In this document: positions 20,621-30,764 of the stretch, piece by piece
Layout of the letters: each line of letters begins with the position of its first letter
Numbering within the stretch: the first letter of the stretch is position 1
Assembly (NCBI GenBank): GCA_965116905.1
Contig: OZ220732.1
Span: 3,264,001 to 3,328,000, forward strand
Reading direction: 5' to 3'
Length of the DNA stretch: 64,000 bases
DNA from: Longimicrobiales bacterium
GTDB lineage: Bacteria; Gemmatimonadota; Gemmatimonadetes; Longimicrobiales; Gaopeijiaceae
The notes under the pieces: generated by a model
Seen by the model: only the letters and a program-made list of their open reading frames with translations
Told to the model about the DNA's origin: nothing
Database searches by the model: none
Translations under genes and position numbers: made by a program

Positions 20621-20967
20621 GCTTCCGGCTCGTCGCGCGTCGTTCGAACAGCAAAGTCGACGCGGATTTCAGCAGGGAGAGCCACATGCTTGAAGCTTGC
20701 CCAGCCCGGCGACCCGGGGTGCGCGGAGACGCTCCAGTTCAAGACGCCGGCGGGGTGTGCCCGTACGCCCGCCGCCTCGACCCGGGCGCCATTCAGCATG
20801 ACCGAGTCCACGAAGTTCTGAAGCTCCACCCTGGCCTCGTCCAGCGCGGTGGCCCGCACCAGAGTGCGTGCCGAGGTCGCCGTCAGCGACGCCACACCGG
20901 CTACACCCACACTCACAATTGCGACCGCCACGACCAGTTCCATCATCGAGACCCCCGACGTGTTCAT
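20617..20967 (-). CDS. PilV-like minor pilin
   Basis: G|VSMMELVVAVAIV prepilin motif. Confidence 0.68.
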   Translation of the reverse strand: MNTSGVSMMELVVAVAIVSVGVAGVASLTATSARTLVRATALDEARVELQNFVDSVMLNGARVEAAGVRAHPAGVLNWSVSAHPGSPGWASFKHVALPAEIRVDFAVRTTRDEPEA

Positions 20968-21425
20968 CGGCGTGACACCCGGCCAAGCGAGGACAGCACG
21001 AGTCGGCGCTCCTCTCCAGCAAGTCCGAAACGCAGCGTCTGGCTGGAGACCATCCCGAGCCCCATGGGCCCAAAGCGGACGCTTGCCGTCGGCCGGCCAC
21101 GCGAGAGCCCAAGCGCAACACCGCCCTCGTCCAGGCTCGCAGCCACTACGGTGTCGCCGGCAGCGCTGACCACAACGCCATGGGCGGGATCGGCAACCAA
21201 CTCCACCGTAGCGGCGCCGTGCATCACGGCGGTCCAGCGTGCTTCGGCGAAGAGCCTCGCAGCCTCTTCACGGGATCTTTGCAGGTAGAACGACGTACGC
21301 AGCTTGCGTGCCGAGCTGAGAAGTGGCGGCGCCAGTGCCGCCAGCACGACCAGGAGCACCGCGATCTCAATGATCGAGTAACCGGATCGGGACGTGGGAT
21401 TCACGGCTGCTCCGTGCTGCGGCAT
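20964..21425 (-). CDS. FimT/FimU-like minor pilin
   Basis: G|YSIIEIAVLL prepilin motif, ARWTAV, C-terminal VRFGPMG...LSSLGRV; start 21425 or GTG 21404. Confidence 0.7.
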   Translation of the reverse strand: MPQHGAAVNPTSRSGYSIIEIAVLLVVLAALAPPLLSSARKLRTSFYLQRSREEAARLFAEARWTAVMHGAATVELVADPAHGVVVSAAGDTVVAASLDEGGVALGLSRGRPTASVRFGPMGLGMVSSQTLRFGLAGEERRLVLSSLGRVSRR

Positions 21426-21592
21426 CGCCCCCCACCTCATCCGACGCTTCCTGGGTCCGTTCCTTGCGATCATGTTCCTTCCCTCCGACGTGGCGGCATG
21501 TTCGACAACTTCAATAACGCGGGCTGCATTGGGCGTTTGAATAGCTGAATCGGCCTTTGTTCCGAGGCATGCCGATTCGAAGAGAAGGAAGG

Positions 21593-21985
21593 TCACGGCG
21601 TGCATACGACCTGGCCCTCGGCTTCGGGACTGACGGAGCCAATCGTCGGCGCAGTGGCCGATCCGTAGTAGAGCGCGCAACCCCTGTCCTCGCCCAGTGC
21701 AGCATGAGTTGCCGTCGCCGACCAACCCGAGGTCGACGCGGCGGACGTCACGGTCACCGATTCCGAGGACACGAAGTTCAAGTCGGCCAGGGAACTCGTG
21801 TACTGGTAGTTGGTCGCGTAGTACAGCTCCTGTTGCGCCGCAAGATTGCGAACGTCCGACTTCATCGCGGCGAAGTACGCCTTTTCCCTGGTCGCCGAGA
21901 ACTGCGGAATCGCGATGGCCGAAAGAATGCCGATAATGACCAGAACGATGAGCAGTTCGATTAGGGTAAATCCTTTTGTGTTCAT
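21593..21985 (-). CDS. pilA: Type IVa major pilin
   Basis: MNTKG|FTLIELLIVLVIIGILSAIAIPQF; C-terminal Cys pair. Confidence 0.9.
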   Translation of the reverse strand: MNTKGFTLIELLIVLVIIGILSAIAIPQFSATREKAYFAAMKSDVRNLAAQQELYYATNYQYTSSLADLNFVSSESVTVTSAASTSGWSATATHAALGEDRGCALYYGSATAPTIGSVSPEAEGQVVCTP

Positions 21986-22030
21986 AATCTGAGGATCCTT
22001 TATTGATAATTCACATGACATCGTGCAAGG
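21986..22030 (-). promoter_or_regulatory. AT-rich probable pilA promoter/RBS region
   Basis: Minus strand TTGCACGATGTCATGTGAATTATCAATAAAGGATCCTCAGATT-ATG, markedly AT-rich in a GC-rich genome; exact boxes not resolved. Confidence 0.4.
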
Positions 22031-22048
22031 ACGTTGGTCGTCGCGGCT

Positions 22049-23761
22049 TCACGGGGGCGGACCTGCGCTCTCGCCCATGATGCGGAGACGCACGGCAATC
22101 GCCTCGTGCGCCCGTCCCTGGGCTTCGAGCGACCGGGCGAGAAGATGGAGCTGGACTCCGTCATGAGGCTTCACCCGCAGGGCGGCCCGCGACGAAGCCT
22201 CTGAAAGCACCCAACGGCCCTGGCGGTCGTGGAGGACAGCCAGCAACGCGGGCGCGGCACCGTACTGGGGATAGTCGCGCCAGGCACGGCTCAATACGTG
22301 CTCCGCGCTTCGGTCCAGCCTCTCGGCGAGCAGGTTGCGACCGATTTCCACCAGCAGGGCGTAACTGCCACCGATCCTGCCCATGGCCCGACGGTACGCC
22401 GCGAGTCCAGGTCCGTGCTCGCCAAGGGCGAAGTACGTGTCGCCGATGACCCATTGCGCGCGCCCGGACTCCGGGCGATCCCGGAGCAGCGTGCTGAAGA
22501 CGGCTGCGTTGTCTCGCCATGTCGGATTGCGCGCGATGGTCCGGCATAGCAGCAGGGACAGCGCGGTGACTGCCGCCAGCACCCCGACGCGTGGCCGCTC
22601 CCGCGCGAGTTGTGCGAACATCCATCCGGCTCCCGCCGCCAAACCGACAGAGGGCAGGAACAGCGTCCGCTCCGCGAGGAGCACCCCCGTCAGAAAGAGG
22701 AGATTGGCCGTCGGCAGAGCCGTAATGATGAACCACAGCACACCGAATCCGGCTGCCCTCGGAGAGGAGCGTCGCGGAGTCAGGGGCGCGGTCCTCCAGG
22801 TCTTCCAGGCGACGACCAGAGCGGTCAGCGCAAGCACCATTCCCAGGCCGTTTCGCGCCGTCCATCCGTACGACACGGGAATCACGTCCGGCGTGTAGTC
22901 GGACGACAGTTCCAGCGGAAAAAACAACAGCCGAAAAACCTCCGGCCATGTATTCATCACCGTCCAGATTCGAGGAACCTCTCCGGACGCGAGGATTTCC
23001 GCCCCCAGGGGCGGCAACGGATCGGCAATCCCTCCCAGGACCAGCACCCGGCCCGTCAGAAACACGGCCGTCACCAATGCGAGCACGGTGTAGAGGGCCA
23101 GCCGCTCCTTCAGATAGGGCCCCAGGGCCGAAAGGCGCGGATCCTTTCGAGCCGCGTCGATCAACAGGACGGCGCCGGGCAGGGTGACCGCACTTTCCTT
23201 TGAGAGGACAGCCACGAGAGACAGGCCGCCCGTAGCCGCAAGCCGAGGGATTCCCAAGCGTCGCGGATGGCCGGTCACCAGGAGGCAAGCACCCAGATAC
23301 GCATTCGCCGCCAGCAGTTCCGACAGGCCGACCACGTTCGCGACCGCCTCCACGTGCACCGGATGCACGGCAAACACCAGCGCGCCGAAGAGTGCGGCCG
23401 ACGGGGGAAGAAGGCGGCCCAGCAGGATCGCAACCAGCGCCGCGGCCGTGCCGTTCAGCAGGATGTTGACGGCATGAAAGCCGGTCGGATCCCCACGCCA
23501 CAATGTCCACTGGAGCCCGAGCACCCATGTGGTCACGGGCCGCCAGAGACCCAGCGCCCGGCCCTGCCGGTTGGGCCAATAGGGCTTCAGGGCGGTGCCC
23601 GAAAGGGTTCTCAGACTGTGAATGTCCTCGTTCGCGGCCAGCACGGGCAGGTCGTCGTAGGCAAAGTCGTTGCCAAGGCTGTTGGCAAACGCCAGAACGG
23701 CCGCTGAAGCGGCGACGACCGCAACCATCCCGATTCCCGTGTCCTGCCCCAGCCGCACCAT
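22049..23761 (-). CDS. TMTC-like GT-C glycosyltransferase (DUF1736-like) with C-terminal TPRs
   Basis: FAYDD, WRPVT, FAVHPVHVEAVANVVG, SKES, PLELSSDY, AERTLFLPSVG, RNPTW, then TPR-like helices. Confidence 0.8.
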   Translation of the reverse strand: MVRLGQDTGIGMVAVVAASAAVLAFANSLGNDFAYDDLPVLAANEDIHSLRTLSGTALKPYWPNRQGRALGLWRPVTTWVLGLQWTLWRGDPTGFHAVNILLNGTAAALVAILLGRLLPPSAALFGALVFAVHPVHVEAVANVVGLSELLAANAYLGACLLVTGHPRRLGIPRLAATGGLSLVAVLSKESAVTLPGAVLLIDAARKDPRLSALGPYLKERLALYTVLALVTAVFLTGRVLVLGGIADPLPPLGAEILASGEVPRIWTVMNTWPEVFRLLFFPLELSSDYTPDVIPVSYGWTARNGLGMVLALTALVVAWKTWRTAPLTPRRSSPRAAGFGVLWFIITALPTANLLFLTGVLLAERTLFLPSVGLAAGAGWMFAQLARERPRVGVLAAVTALSLLLCRTIARNPTWRDNAAVFSTLLRDRPESGRAQWVIGDTYFALGEHGPGLAAYRRAMGRIGGSYALLVEIGRNLLAERLDRSAEHVLSRAWRDYPQYGAAPALLAVLHDRQGRWVLSEASSRAALRVKPHDGVQLHLLARSLEAQGRAHEAIAVRLRIMGESAGPPP

Positions 23762-23955
23762 CGTGTTTCATGCTTCATCCCGGAGAGACGTTCGGAGTCC
23801 GCGATCAAAGGTCCAACCGAAACCGAGGTGCGAACGCCGTTTCGGGCGAAGTATGCCTCCGAATCATGGGCGCTGGCATAGTGGAAACGGCCATTCGGTC
23901 CAGACGGGGTCCGAAACTCCCGGACTGGCGCAAACATCGGGACCGCACCAGGCGG

Positions 23956-24702
23956 CTACTCCCCCTTGTCCTCCTCCAGCCATGCCGGCCGCGGGGCCTT
24001 CCAGGGTCTCGGCTTCGGCCCCAGGAGATTGCTTCGGAGAATGAACCAGATCGCGGAAACGCCGTCCTTCCAGCCGATCTTCTTGCCCTCGGCGTACGAG
24101 CGTCCATCATAGCTGACCGGCATCTCGTAGATGCGGGCCTCGGCCTGGGCCAGCCTGGCGGTGATCTCCGGCTCAATGCCGAAGCGGTCCACGGTCAGCG
24201 GAAGGGATTGGAGAAGCTCTCGCCGGACAAGCTTCTGGCACGTCTCCATGTCGGTCAGGTTGAGGTCGGTCAGGACGTTGCTCAGCAGCGTGAGAATCCG
24301 GTTCCCGACCATGTGCCAGAAAAACAGGACCCGGTGCGGCCCGCCCAGAAAACGAGACCCGTAGACGGCATCGGCCTTGCCGTCGGCGATCGGCCCGAGC
24401 AGGCGCGGAATCTCGCCGGGATCGTACTCCAGGTCCGCGTCCTGAACCGCCACCACGTCCGCGGTCGCGTGCCGGAATCCCGTTCGAAGTGCGGCCCCCT
24501 TCCCCCGGTTGCGGTCGTGGAGGAACAGATGGTCGATCAAGCCGATCCCGTGCAGCCGGGTGAGGAGCGGACGCGTTCCGTCGCTCGACCCATCGTCGAC
24601 CACGATCACCTCCTTGGCGACCGGCACGGAGGCCACCCGCCGCAGCAGCTCCTCGACCGTCGCGCGTTCGTTGTACACGGGGATGACGATCGAAACCGTC
24701 AT
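23956..24702 (-). CDS. GT2 glycosyltransferase, DPM1-like polyprenol-phosphate sugar synthase
   Basis: SIVIPVYNE, VDDGSSDG, NRGKGAALR, QDADLEYDP, LTDMET, GKKIGWKDG. Confidence 0.88.
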   Translation of the reverse strand: MTVSIVIPVYNERATVEELLRRVASVPVAKEVIVVDDGSSDGTRPLLTRLHGIGLIDHLFLHDRNRGKGAALRTGFRHATADVVAVQDADLEYDPGEIPRLLGPIADGKADAVYGSRFLGGPHRVLFFWHMVGNRILTLLSNVLTDLNLTDMETCQKLVRRELLQSLPLTVDRFGIEPEITARLAQAEARIYEMPVSYDGRSYAEGKKIGWKDGVSAIWFILRSNLLGPKPRPWKAPRPAWLEEDKGE

Positions 24703-24843
24703 GCGCGCCAGGGCCCGACCGGTTCGGTCCGGCGGCGGACGGTCAGCGCTACTCAACGTTCCGCGTGTCCGCCGAAGGTGGGGAGGGCGGCGCCGACACT
24801 CGAAACAGCCCGCGGAAGCCGGTCCAACTGAAGCCGCGAACGG

Positions 24844-25749
24844 CTACCTGGAACCGACCGGCACTTCCAGGGTCTGCCCGGCGTAGATCCGCGTGCTGCG
24901 AAGGCTGTTTGCCGACTGCAGCTGATCTACCGTCGTACCGTAGGCTTGCGCGATCGTCCAAAGGGAATCGCCCGAGCGGACCTCATATCGGACGACCGAC
25001 GGCATGGGACCCTCGTCGGCCACCTGCGACCCTGAAGCGGCCGCCACCCGACGTTCCGCTTCGATACGCTCCACGTAGCGAGCGTACTCGTGAGTATACA
25101 CGGCGATGTGGTAGTGCGGCGGATACCTCTCGTAGGTCGCCTGCACCGTGCCCCGCTCCTCGAGGTGCAGCAGCACGTCTTCCAGCCAGGCGCGGCACGG
25201 CCGGTGGTTGCTCCGGCGCAGATCGACGGCCATTCCGGTGGGATGGACCGACAGGCGGGACGCGTTGCGGGGCTGCCGGTTCAGGGCGCGAGTGAGACTC
25301 GTCACGACCAGTACCTCGCCACACGCGCTCCGATACTGGCGCGACAGCCGTTCCACGAAAGTCCGGACTTCGGCGCGCGCGTAGGGGAAGGACACCTCGT
25401 CGTCGATCACGTAGCTGTCGTTGCCTCGCAGCGGGACCAGGAGACCCAGGTCGACGAGGCGCCGCACGTGATCTGGATCCCTGGCAAAGGAGTAGTCGTA
25501 TTCGATGGCCCGCCGGTTTTGCTCCTGCATCGATGCGAGCCCGCCCCGCAGACTCTGCCCGGCCAAGGGGCCGGAGAAGCCCATGGCAACAACGGACAAT
25601 ACCGGCAAACACCGCCTCAGTGCCCCGCAACCACTCCATCCGTGCCGTGACTGAGCCCTCAAGTACGCTTCCTCCTCTGGGAGTTCCGGGCTGAATCGCA
25701 TCGCCGGCTCGCAGCGCGAAACATATGTATTAGCCTCCACGCTGTCCAC
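24844..25749 (-). CDS. DUF5715-like (LAS/M15-like peptidase motifs) protein with C-terminal LysM; start uncertain
   Basis: VTSLTR, HPTGMAVD, PPHYHI; YEVRSGDSLWTIA...IYAGQTLEVP LysM. Confidence 0.75.
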   Translation of the reverse strand: MDSVEANTYVSRCEPAMRFSPELPEEEAYLRAQSRHGWSGCGALRRCLPVLSVVAMGFSGPLAGQSLRGGLASMQEQNRRAIEYDYSFARDPDHVRRLVDLGLLVPLRGNDSYVIDDEVSFPYARAEVRTFVERLSRQYRSACGEVLVVTSLTRALNRQPRNASRLSVHPTGMAVDLRRSNHRPCRAWLEDVLLHLEERGTVQATYERYPPHYHIAVYTHEYARYVERIEAERRVAAASGSQVADEGPMPSVVRYEVRSGDSLWTIAQAYGTTVDQLQSANSLRSTRIYAGQTLEVPVGSR

Positions 25750-25817
25750 CCTCGCCGACGGTCACTGAATGCTCGCGACCCCCGTGACCGCACGTCACCA
25801 GCGGCTTGCCAGCGACA

Positions 25818-26432
25818 TTAGACAGCCGAGTAGTTCTCGCCGACGACCGTCCAGTTGACCACGTTCCAGAAGGCTGCCACGTAGTCGGGACGCCGGTTCT
25901 GGTAGTTCAGGTAGTAGGCGTGCTCCCACACGTCGACCCCCAGAATGGGAACCTTGCCCGCCATGACGGGCGTGTCCTGGTTGGGAGTGGACACGACCTC
26001 GAGCGATCCGCCGCCATCGGCAGCAAGCCACGCCCAGCCGGAGCCGAAACGGCCGATCGCGGCAGCCGCAAAGCGGCTCTTGAATTCCTCCACGCTGCCG
26101 AAGGCCGCGTCGATGGCCGAGGCCAACGCTCCGGTCGGCTCACCGGCCCCGCCCGGGGTCATGAGCCTCCAGAACATGGCGTGGTTCACGTAGCCACCGC
26201 CATTGTTCCGGACGGCGGCGCGAATCCCTTCGGGAAGCGCGGCGAGGTCGGCGACGAGCTCGTTGGCGGACTTGCCGTGAAGCGCGGGGTGGTCGGCGAG
26301 GGCCGCGTTCAGGTTGGCGGTGTAGGCAGCGTGGTGTTTCCCGTGGTGGATCTCCATCGTACGGGCATCGATGTGGGGTTCGAGCGCGTCGCGCGCGTAG
26401 TCCAGATCCGGAAGCTGAAAGGGGTAGGCCAT
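25818..26432 (-). CDS. sodA: Superoxide dismutase (probably Mn)
   Basis: [31 protein letters not shown]. Confidence 0.95.
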   Translation of the reverse strand: MAYPFQLPDLDYARDALEPHIDARTMEIHHGKHHAAYTANLNAALADHPALHGKSANELVADLAALPEGIRAAVRNNGGGYVNHAMFWRLMTPGGAGEPTGALASAIDAAFGSVEEFKSRFAAAAIGRFGSGWAWLAADGGGSLEVVSTPNQDTPVMAGKVPILGVDVWEHAYYLNYQNRRPDYVAAFWNVVNWTVVGENYSAV

Positions 26433-26546
26433 CGTCGGCATCTCCTGGGCGTGGTTACTATTCGTGGTTGTACGCGGGCGGAAAACCCGCCGGGGCCGGG
26501 CGGGCGCACCCAGCCTCTCGGAGCACGTAGCATGGAAGGTTGGAAC

Positions 26547-27773
26547 GTGTCCAAAAGCAGGAGGTCCCCGCAAGGTCCAAAACGGATCCTGCTCGTGGAC
26601 TGCGACATGTTTTTTGTTCAGGTCGCACGGCTTGAAGACCCGGATGGAGCGGGCAGCGAGCCCCTTCTTCTCGTGGGTGGGCGAAGCAACCGCGGCGTCA
26701 TTACCTCCGCGTCGTACGCTGCGCGGGAATTCGGCGTTCGCTCGGGGATGCCCACCATGAGGGCGCTGCAACTCTGCCCGCGCGCCGTCGTGGTGCCCGT
26801 GCCCCGCGGCGCATGCGTCGAGCGCAGCCGCGCCGTCCGAGCCGTGCTCGGCGACCTGTCCCCGGTGGTACAGGCGGCGTCCATCGACGAATTCTACCTG
26901 GACCTCACGGGCACGGAGAGGATGCTCGGAAGCGAGGACCTCGCCGTGACCGCGGATCGCATCCGGCGGGAGGTGCGAAGGAGCACGGGAATCGCCGTGT
27001 CGCTGGGAGGGGGCACCCAACGGGTCGTGGCCAAGATCGCGACCCGCCTGGCCAAGCCCGACGGGGTCCATATCGTGCCCCCCGGTGAGGAGGCGGCCTT
27101 CATGGCCCGGTTTCGCCTGGCCGATCTGCCGGGGATCGGGCCCGCGTCTCTGGCCCAGCTGGAGGCCAAGGGCCTGCGGACCGTGTCTGACGCGGCCGCC
27201 GTTGAGCGCGAGTGGCTCGGACGCTGGTTCGGCCCGGCACGAGGCGCGTGGCTGTGGGAGCGGGTGAGAGGGATCGACCCCAGCGAGGTGGACGCCAGCG
27301 ACCGACGGAAGTCGATCAGCTCGGAACGGACCTTCTTCAACGATGTCGACGACGACGAGGAACTGGAACGCCGGCTGCTGAAGCTGAGTTGCACAGTCGG
27401 AAGCGCTCTGCGTGGACGCGAACTGCGGGCACGGACCGTCACCGTCAAGATCCGCGACCAGGACTTTCGGACTCGTCAGGCCGGCAACACCATGCCGGAG
27501 GGCATCGAGACCGACCGGGTCATCTTTGCCGCCGCCACTTCCCTGCTCCACCGACTCCGGCACCGGAGAAGGACGGCGGTGCGGTTGCTCGGCGTCGGTC
27601 TGTCCAATCTGGTTCGCCAGGCGCCGTCGACACAGCGCGATCTTTTCGGCGAGGGACCGGAACTGGAAACGGAGCGCGACCGGACCATCGCCCGGGCGGT
27701 AGACCAGGTCCGCGACCGCTACGGCCGCGAGGCGCTCCAGCCGGCCCGCGTGTTGGACCGGCCGGAGCACTGA
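26547..27773 (+). CDS. dinB: DNA polymerase IV (Y family)
   Basis: [49 protein letters not shown]. Confidence 0.93.
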   Translation: MSKSRRSPQGPKRILLVDCDMFFVQVARLEDPDGAGSEPLLLVGGRSNRGVITSASYAAREFGVRSGMPTMRALQLCPRAVVVPVPRGACVERSRAVRAVLGDLSPVVQAASIDEFYLDLTGTERMLGSEDLAVTADRIRREVRRSTGIAVSLGGGTQRVVAKIATRLAKPDGVHIVPPGEEAAFMARFRLADLPGIGPASLAQLEAKGLRTVSDAAAVEREWLGRWFGPARGAWLWERVRGIDPSEVDASDRRKSISSERTFFNDVDDDEELERRLLKLSCTVGSALRGRELRARTVTVKIRDQDFRTRQAGNTMPEGIETDRVIFAAATSLLHRLRHRRRTAVRLLGVGLSNLVRQAPSTQRDLFGEGPELETERDRTIARAVDQVRDRYGREALQPARVLDRPEH

Positions 27774-27809
27774 GCGTCCGCCTTCAGCAGGGCCTGCCCC
27801 GAGCAGGGC

Positions 27810-29504
27810 CTACTTCGCCTCCCACGGCTTGCGCTCGAAGTAGTCGCGCGTCATCTCGACCACCTTGGGCGCCAGGAGTCCCAGCGCGATCAGGTTGGGC
27901 CAGATCACGATTGCCAGGAATACGTCGCCGATGGCCCATATCACGCTCAGCGGCAGGACCGCACCGACGAAGTGCATCATCACGAAGACGACCTTGTAGG
28001 GGATCAGCGCGCGCGCGCCGAACAGGTAGTTGGCGCAGCGGTCGCCGTAGTAGCTCCACGCGATCGCCGTCGAGATCCCGAAGAGCAGCACCGAGATCAC
28101 CACGATGTAGTGTCCCCAGTCGCCGAGCGGCGCCAGACCGCGGCGGAAGGCGGCCATGGTAAGCGGCGCCCCGCTCTCGACCGCCATGCCGTGGAGCGAG
28201 GTGTACGTCTCCCCGTCGTCTCCGGTGGCGGTGCCGGTCGCGGGATCGATGACCCCACTGAACGGCTCGGTCTGCGCTTCGTCCACGTACAGCACCGGCA
28301 CGGGAACCTCATGCCACGAGACCTGCGGGTCGTCGGGCCCGGTGGCCGAGTGCGCACCGCCGTCGATCCGGATCGGAGCGTCCGGGGACATGTCGGCGTA
28401 GCCGCCGTCCACCTGCACCGCCCGGTAGGAAAGGTCGCCCCCGCTCAGCGTGATTTCGGTTTCGAACCGGTCGTGCCAGACCCCGGTCATGATGATCAGC
28501 AGGCCCGTCATGGTGCAGATGATGATCGTGTCGATGAAGGGTTCCAGCAGCGCCACGACCCCCTCCGACACCGGCTCCTCGGTCTTGGCCGCCGAGTGCG
28601 CGATCGGCGCCGATCCCTGCCCGGCCTCGTTGGAGAAGAGCCCCCGCCGGACCCCGTACATCAACGTCACCAGGAACGCGCCCACACCCGTACCCGCCAC
28701 GCCGGCGGTCGGGTTGAAGGCTTCGCGGAAGATCAGCGCAAAGGTCGGCGCGACTTCGCCGATGTTCATGAGGATCACTGTCAGCGCCCCCAGCACGTAG
28801 ACGACCGCCATCACCGGCGCCAGCACCGAGGTCACCCGCCCGATCCGCGAGATCCCGCCCAGGATGACGGCTGCAACAACCCCCGACGTCACCAGTCCGC
28901 TGACCCAGGTCGGAATGTTGAACTGGGTCTCCAGGTTGTCGGCGACGGTGTTCGCCTGAACCCCGTTGCCCGTCAGGAAGGCCGTGATGCCGAGGAGGAC
29001 GGCGAAGAAGATCGCCATCCACTTCCAGTTCGGTCCCAGTCCCCGTTCGATGTAGTACATGGGCCCGCCGGAAACGGTGCCCGCCCACTCTCCCTCGTCC
29101 TCGTGGACACGGTACTTCTGCGCCAGGGTGACCTCGGAGTACTTGGTCGCCATTCCCAGCGCCGCGGTGACCCACATCCAGAAGAGGGCCCCGGGTCCGC
29201 CCCAGTGGATCGCGAGCGCCACCCCGGCGATGTTGCCGATCCCGACCGTCGCCGAAAGCGCCGTCGTGAGCGCCTGGAAATGCGTGACGTCACCTTCGTC
29301 GTCGGGGTCATCGTATTTCCCGGAAGCCACCGCGATCCCGTGCCCCAGGCGGCGGACCTGCAGAACCCCCAGGCGAAGCGTCAGGTACGTCCCGATCCCG
29401 AGCAGGATGACCACCATGAGAGGGACGTTCTCGCCCCCCACCGGGATGCCGATCTCGACGACATACGTGGTCAGGAAATCGGTCGCTTGTTGGATGAAGT
29501 CCAT
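27810..29504 (-). CDS. Alanine/glycine:cation symporter (AGCS family)
   Basis: ATVGIGNIAGV, GGPGALFWMW, GGPMYY, RGLFSNEAGQGS, FIDTIIICT. Confidence 0.93.
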   Translation of the reverse strand: MDFIQQATDFLTTYVVEIGIPVGGENVPLMVVILLGIGTYLTLRLGVLQVRRLGHGIAVASGKYDDPDDEGDVTHFQALTTALSATVGIGNIAGVALAIHWGGPGALFWMWVTAALGMATKYSEVTLAQKYRVHEDEGEWAGTVSGGPMYYIERGLGPNWKWMAIFFAVLLGITAFLTGNGVQANTVADNLETQFNIPTWVSGLVTSGVVAAVILGGISRIGRVTSVLAPVMAVVYVLGALTVILMNIGEVAPTFALIFREAFNPTAGVAGTGVGAFLVTLMYGVRRGLFSNEAGQGSAPIAHSAAKTEEPVSEGVVALLEPFIDTIIICTMTGLLIIMTGVWHDRFETEITLSGGDLSYRAVQVDGGYADMSPDAPIRIDGGAHSATGPDDPQVSWHEVPVPVLYVDEAQTEPFSGVIDPATGTATGDDGETYTSLHGMAVESGAPLTMAAFRRGLAPLGDWGHYIVVISVLLFGISTAIAWSYYGDRCANYLFGARALIPYKVVFVMMHFVGAVLPLSVIWAIGDVFLAIVIWPNLIALGLLAPKVVEMTRDYFERKPWEAK

Positions 29505-29714
29505 GGCGGGGCGAGCTCCTTTCGCTGGTGTCGCGGCGGCTCCGTCAAAAAGGGGCCGACGATTGCGCCGGGCAAACTAGGGCCGTCCCCGTCACGGAAA
29601 CAACCGTCGGCACAATGACCGACCCCTCTTGGAGTTCGTCAACGGCCGGTGGCCGGTCCCGCTATTGCTGCCTCTTGACCGGACCCCGGGCAAGGACACC
29701 GACTGGACCGGCCG

Positions 29715-30764
29715 TCATCCCACGGCGCCGATCATGTCGAAGATCGGCAGGTACATCGCAATGATCATGCCACCGACCACCGCACCCAAAACCAGGATCA
29801 TCGCCGGTTCGACCGCCGCGATGAGGGCCTCCAGCGCGCTGTCCACTTCCTGATCGTAGAAATCGGCGATCCTCACCAGCATTTCGTCCAGGCCGCCGGT
29901 CTGTTCTCCCACCTCCACCATGCGTATGACCATCGGCATGAATACTCCGGAGGCCTCGAGCGGGCCCGCGATCGTATCCCCTCCGGCGATCGAGGCCCGC
30001 GATTTCATCACGGCGTCGTGTATCACCCGGTTGCCGGCGGTTCGCGCCGTGACCTCGAGCCCGGTCAGAATCGAGACGCCCGAGGTCGCAAGCGTGCCGA
30101 GGGTACGCGTGAAGCGGGCCACCGCGGCCTTGCGCAGCAATGTCCCGACGAAAGGAACGGACAGGACAAGTCGATCCAGGGCCAACCGGCCCCGCGCGGT
30201 TCGATACAGGCGCCCCGTCGCCCACGCGGCGGCCATGAGCACGGCGAACACGGCCCACCAGTAGCCCTTCGCAATCTCCGACGCCGCGATCACGATGCGT
30301 GTAGGCAGCGGAAGGGGAACGCCGGCAGACGCGAACATCGTCTGAAATGTGGGAACCACGAACACCAGCAGGATGACCATGGCCGGGATCGCTACCGCGA
30401 AGATCATGGCGGGGTAGACCACGGCAGCGCGGACCTTTCGGGCCAGGGCGTGGTGCTTCTCCAGAGAATCGGATAGCCGCTCGAGGATGGTGTCCAGCGC
30501 ACCGGCGGTCTCACCAGCCTCGACCATGCTAACGGCCAACTCCGAGAACACGGTGCCGTGTTGGCGCATCGCTCCGGCCAGCGTTTGCCCGGACTCGACC
30601 GCCGACACCATGGAACGGATCACGCCGCGGAAATACCGGTGTCCGGTTTGGCGGGCAAGCAGATTCAGCGACTGAAGGAGCGGAAGTCCCGCGCTGATCA
30701 TGGTGGCGAACAAGCGAATGAACACTGCCACTTCGCGCGTTGACACGCGCCGCAGGTGTTTCAC
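29715..30764 (-). CDS. pilC: Type IV pilus platform protein PilC (N-terminally short)
   Basis: ATMISAGLPL, VEAGETAG, YP, ARFTRTLGTL, GEQTGGLD, YLPIF; GTG start overlaps pilT stop. Confidence 0.9.
   Translation of the reverse strand: MKHLRRVSTREVAVFIRLFATMISAGLPLLQSLNLLARQTGHRYFRGVIRSMVSAVESGQTLAGAMRQHGTVFSELAVSMVEAGETAGALDTILERLSDSLEKHHALARKVRAAVVYPAMIFAVAIPAMVILLVFVVPTFQTMFASAGVPLPLPTRIVIAASEIAKGYWWAVFAVLMAAAWATGRLYRTARGRLALDRLVLSVPFVGTLLRKAAVARFTRTLGTLATSGVSILTGLEVTARTAGNRVIHDAVMKSRASIAGGDTIAGPLEASGVFMPMVIRMVEVGEQTGGLDEMLVRIADFYDQEVDSALEALIAAVEPAMILVLGAVVGGMIIAMYLPIFDMIGAVG

Noticed and set aside
25806..27773. Apparent 650-aa extended SodA and 655-aa extended DinB overlapping each other
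   Set aside because: Upstream extensions are stop-free antisense frames; real starts near 26432 (-) and 26547 (+) leave a normal divergent gap.
29505..29714. Glycine riboswitch upstream of the AgcS symporter
   Set aside because: No GGAGA...CCGAAG...CTCTCAGG aptamer signature on the minus strand.
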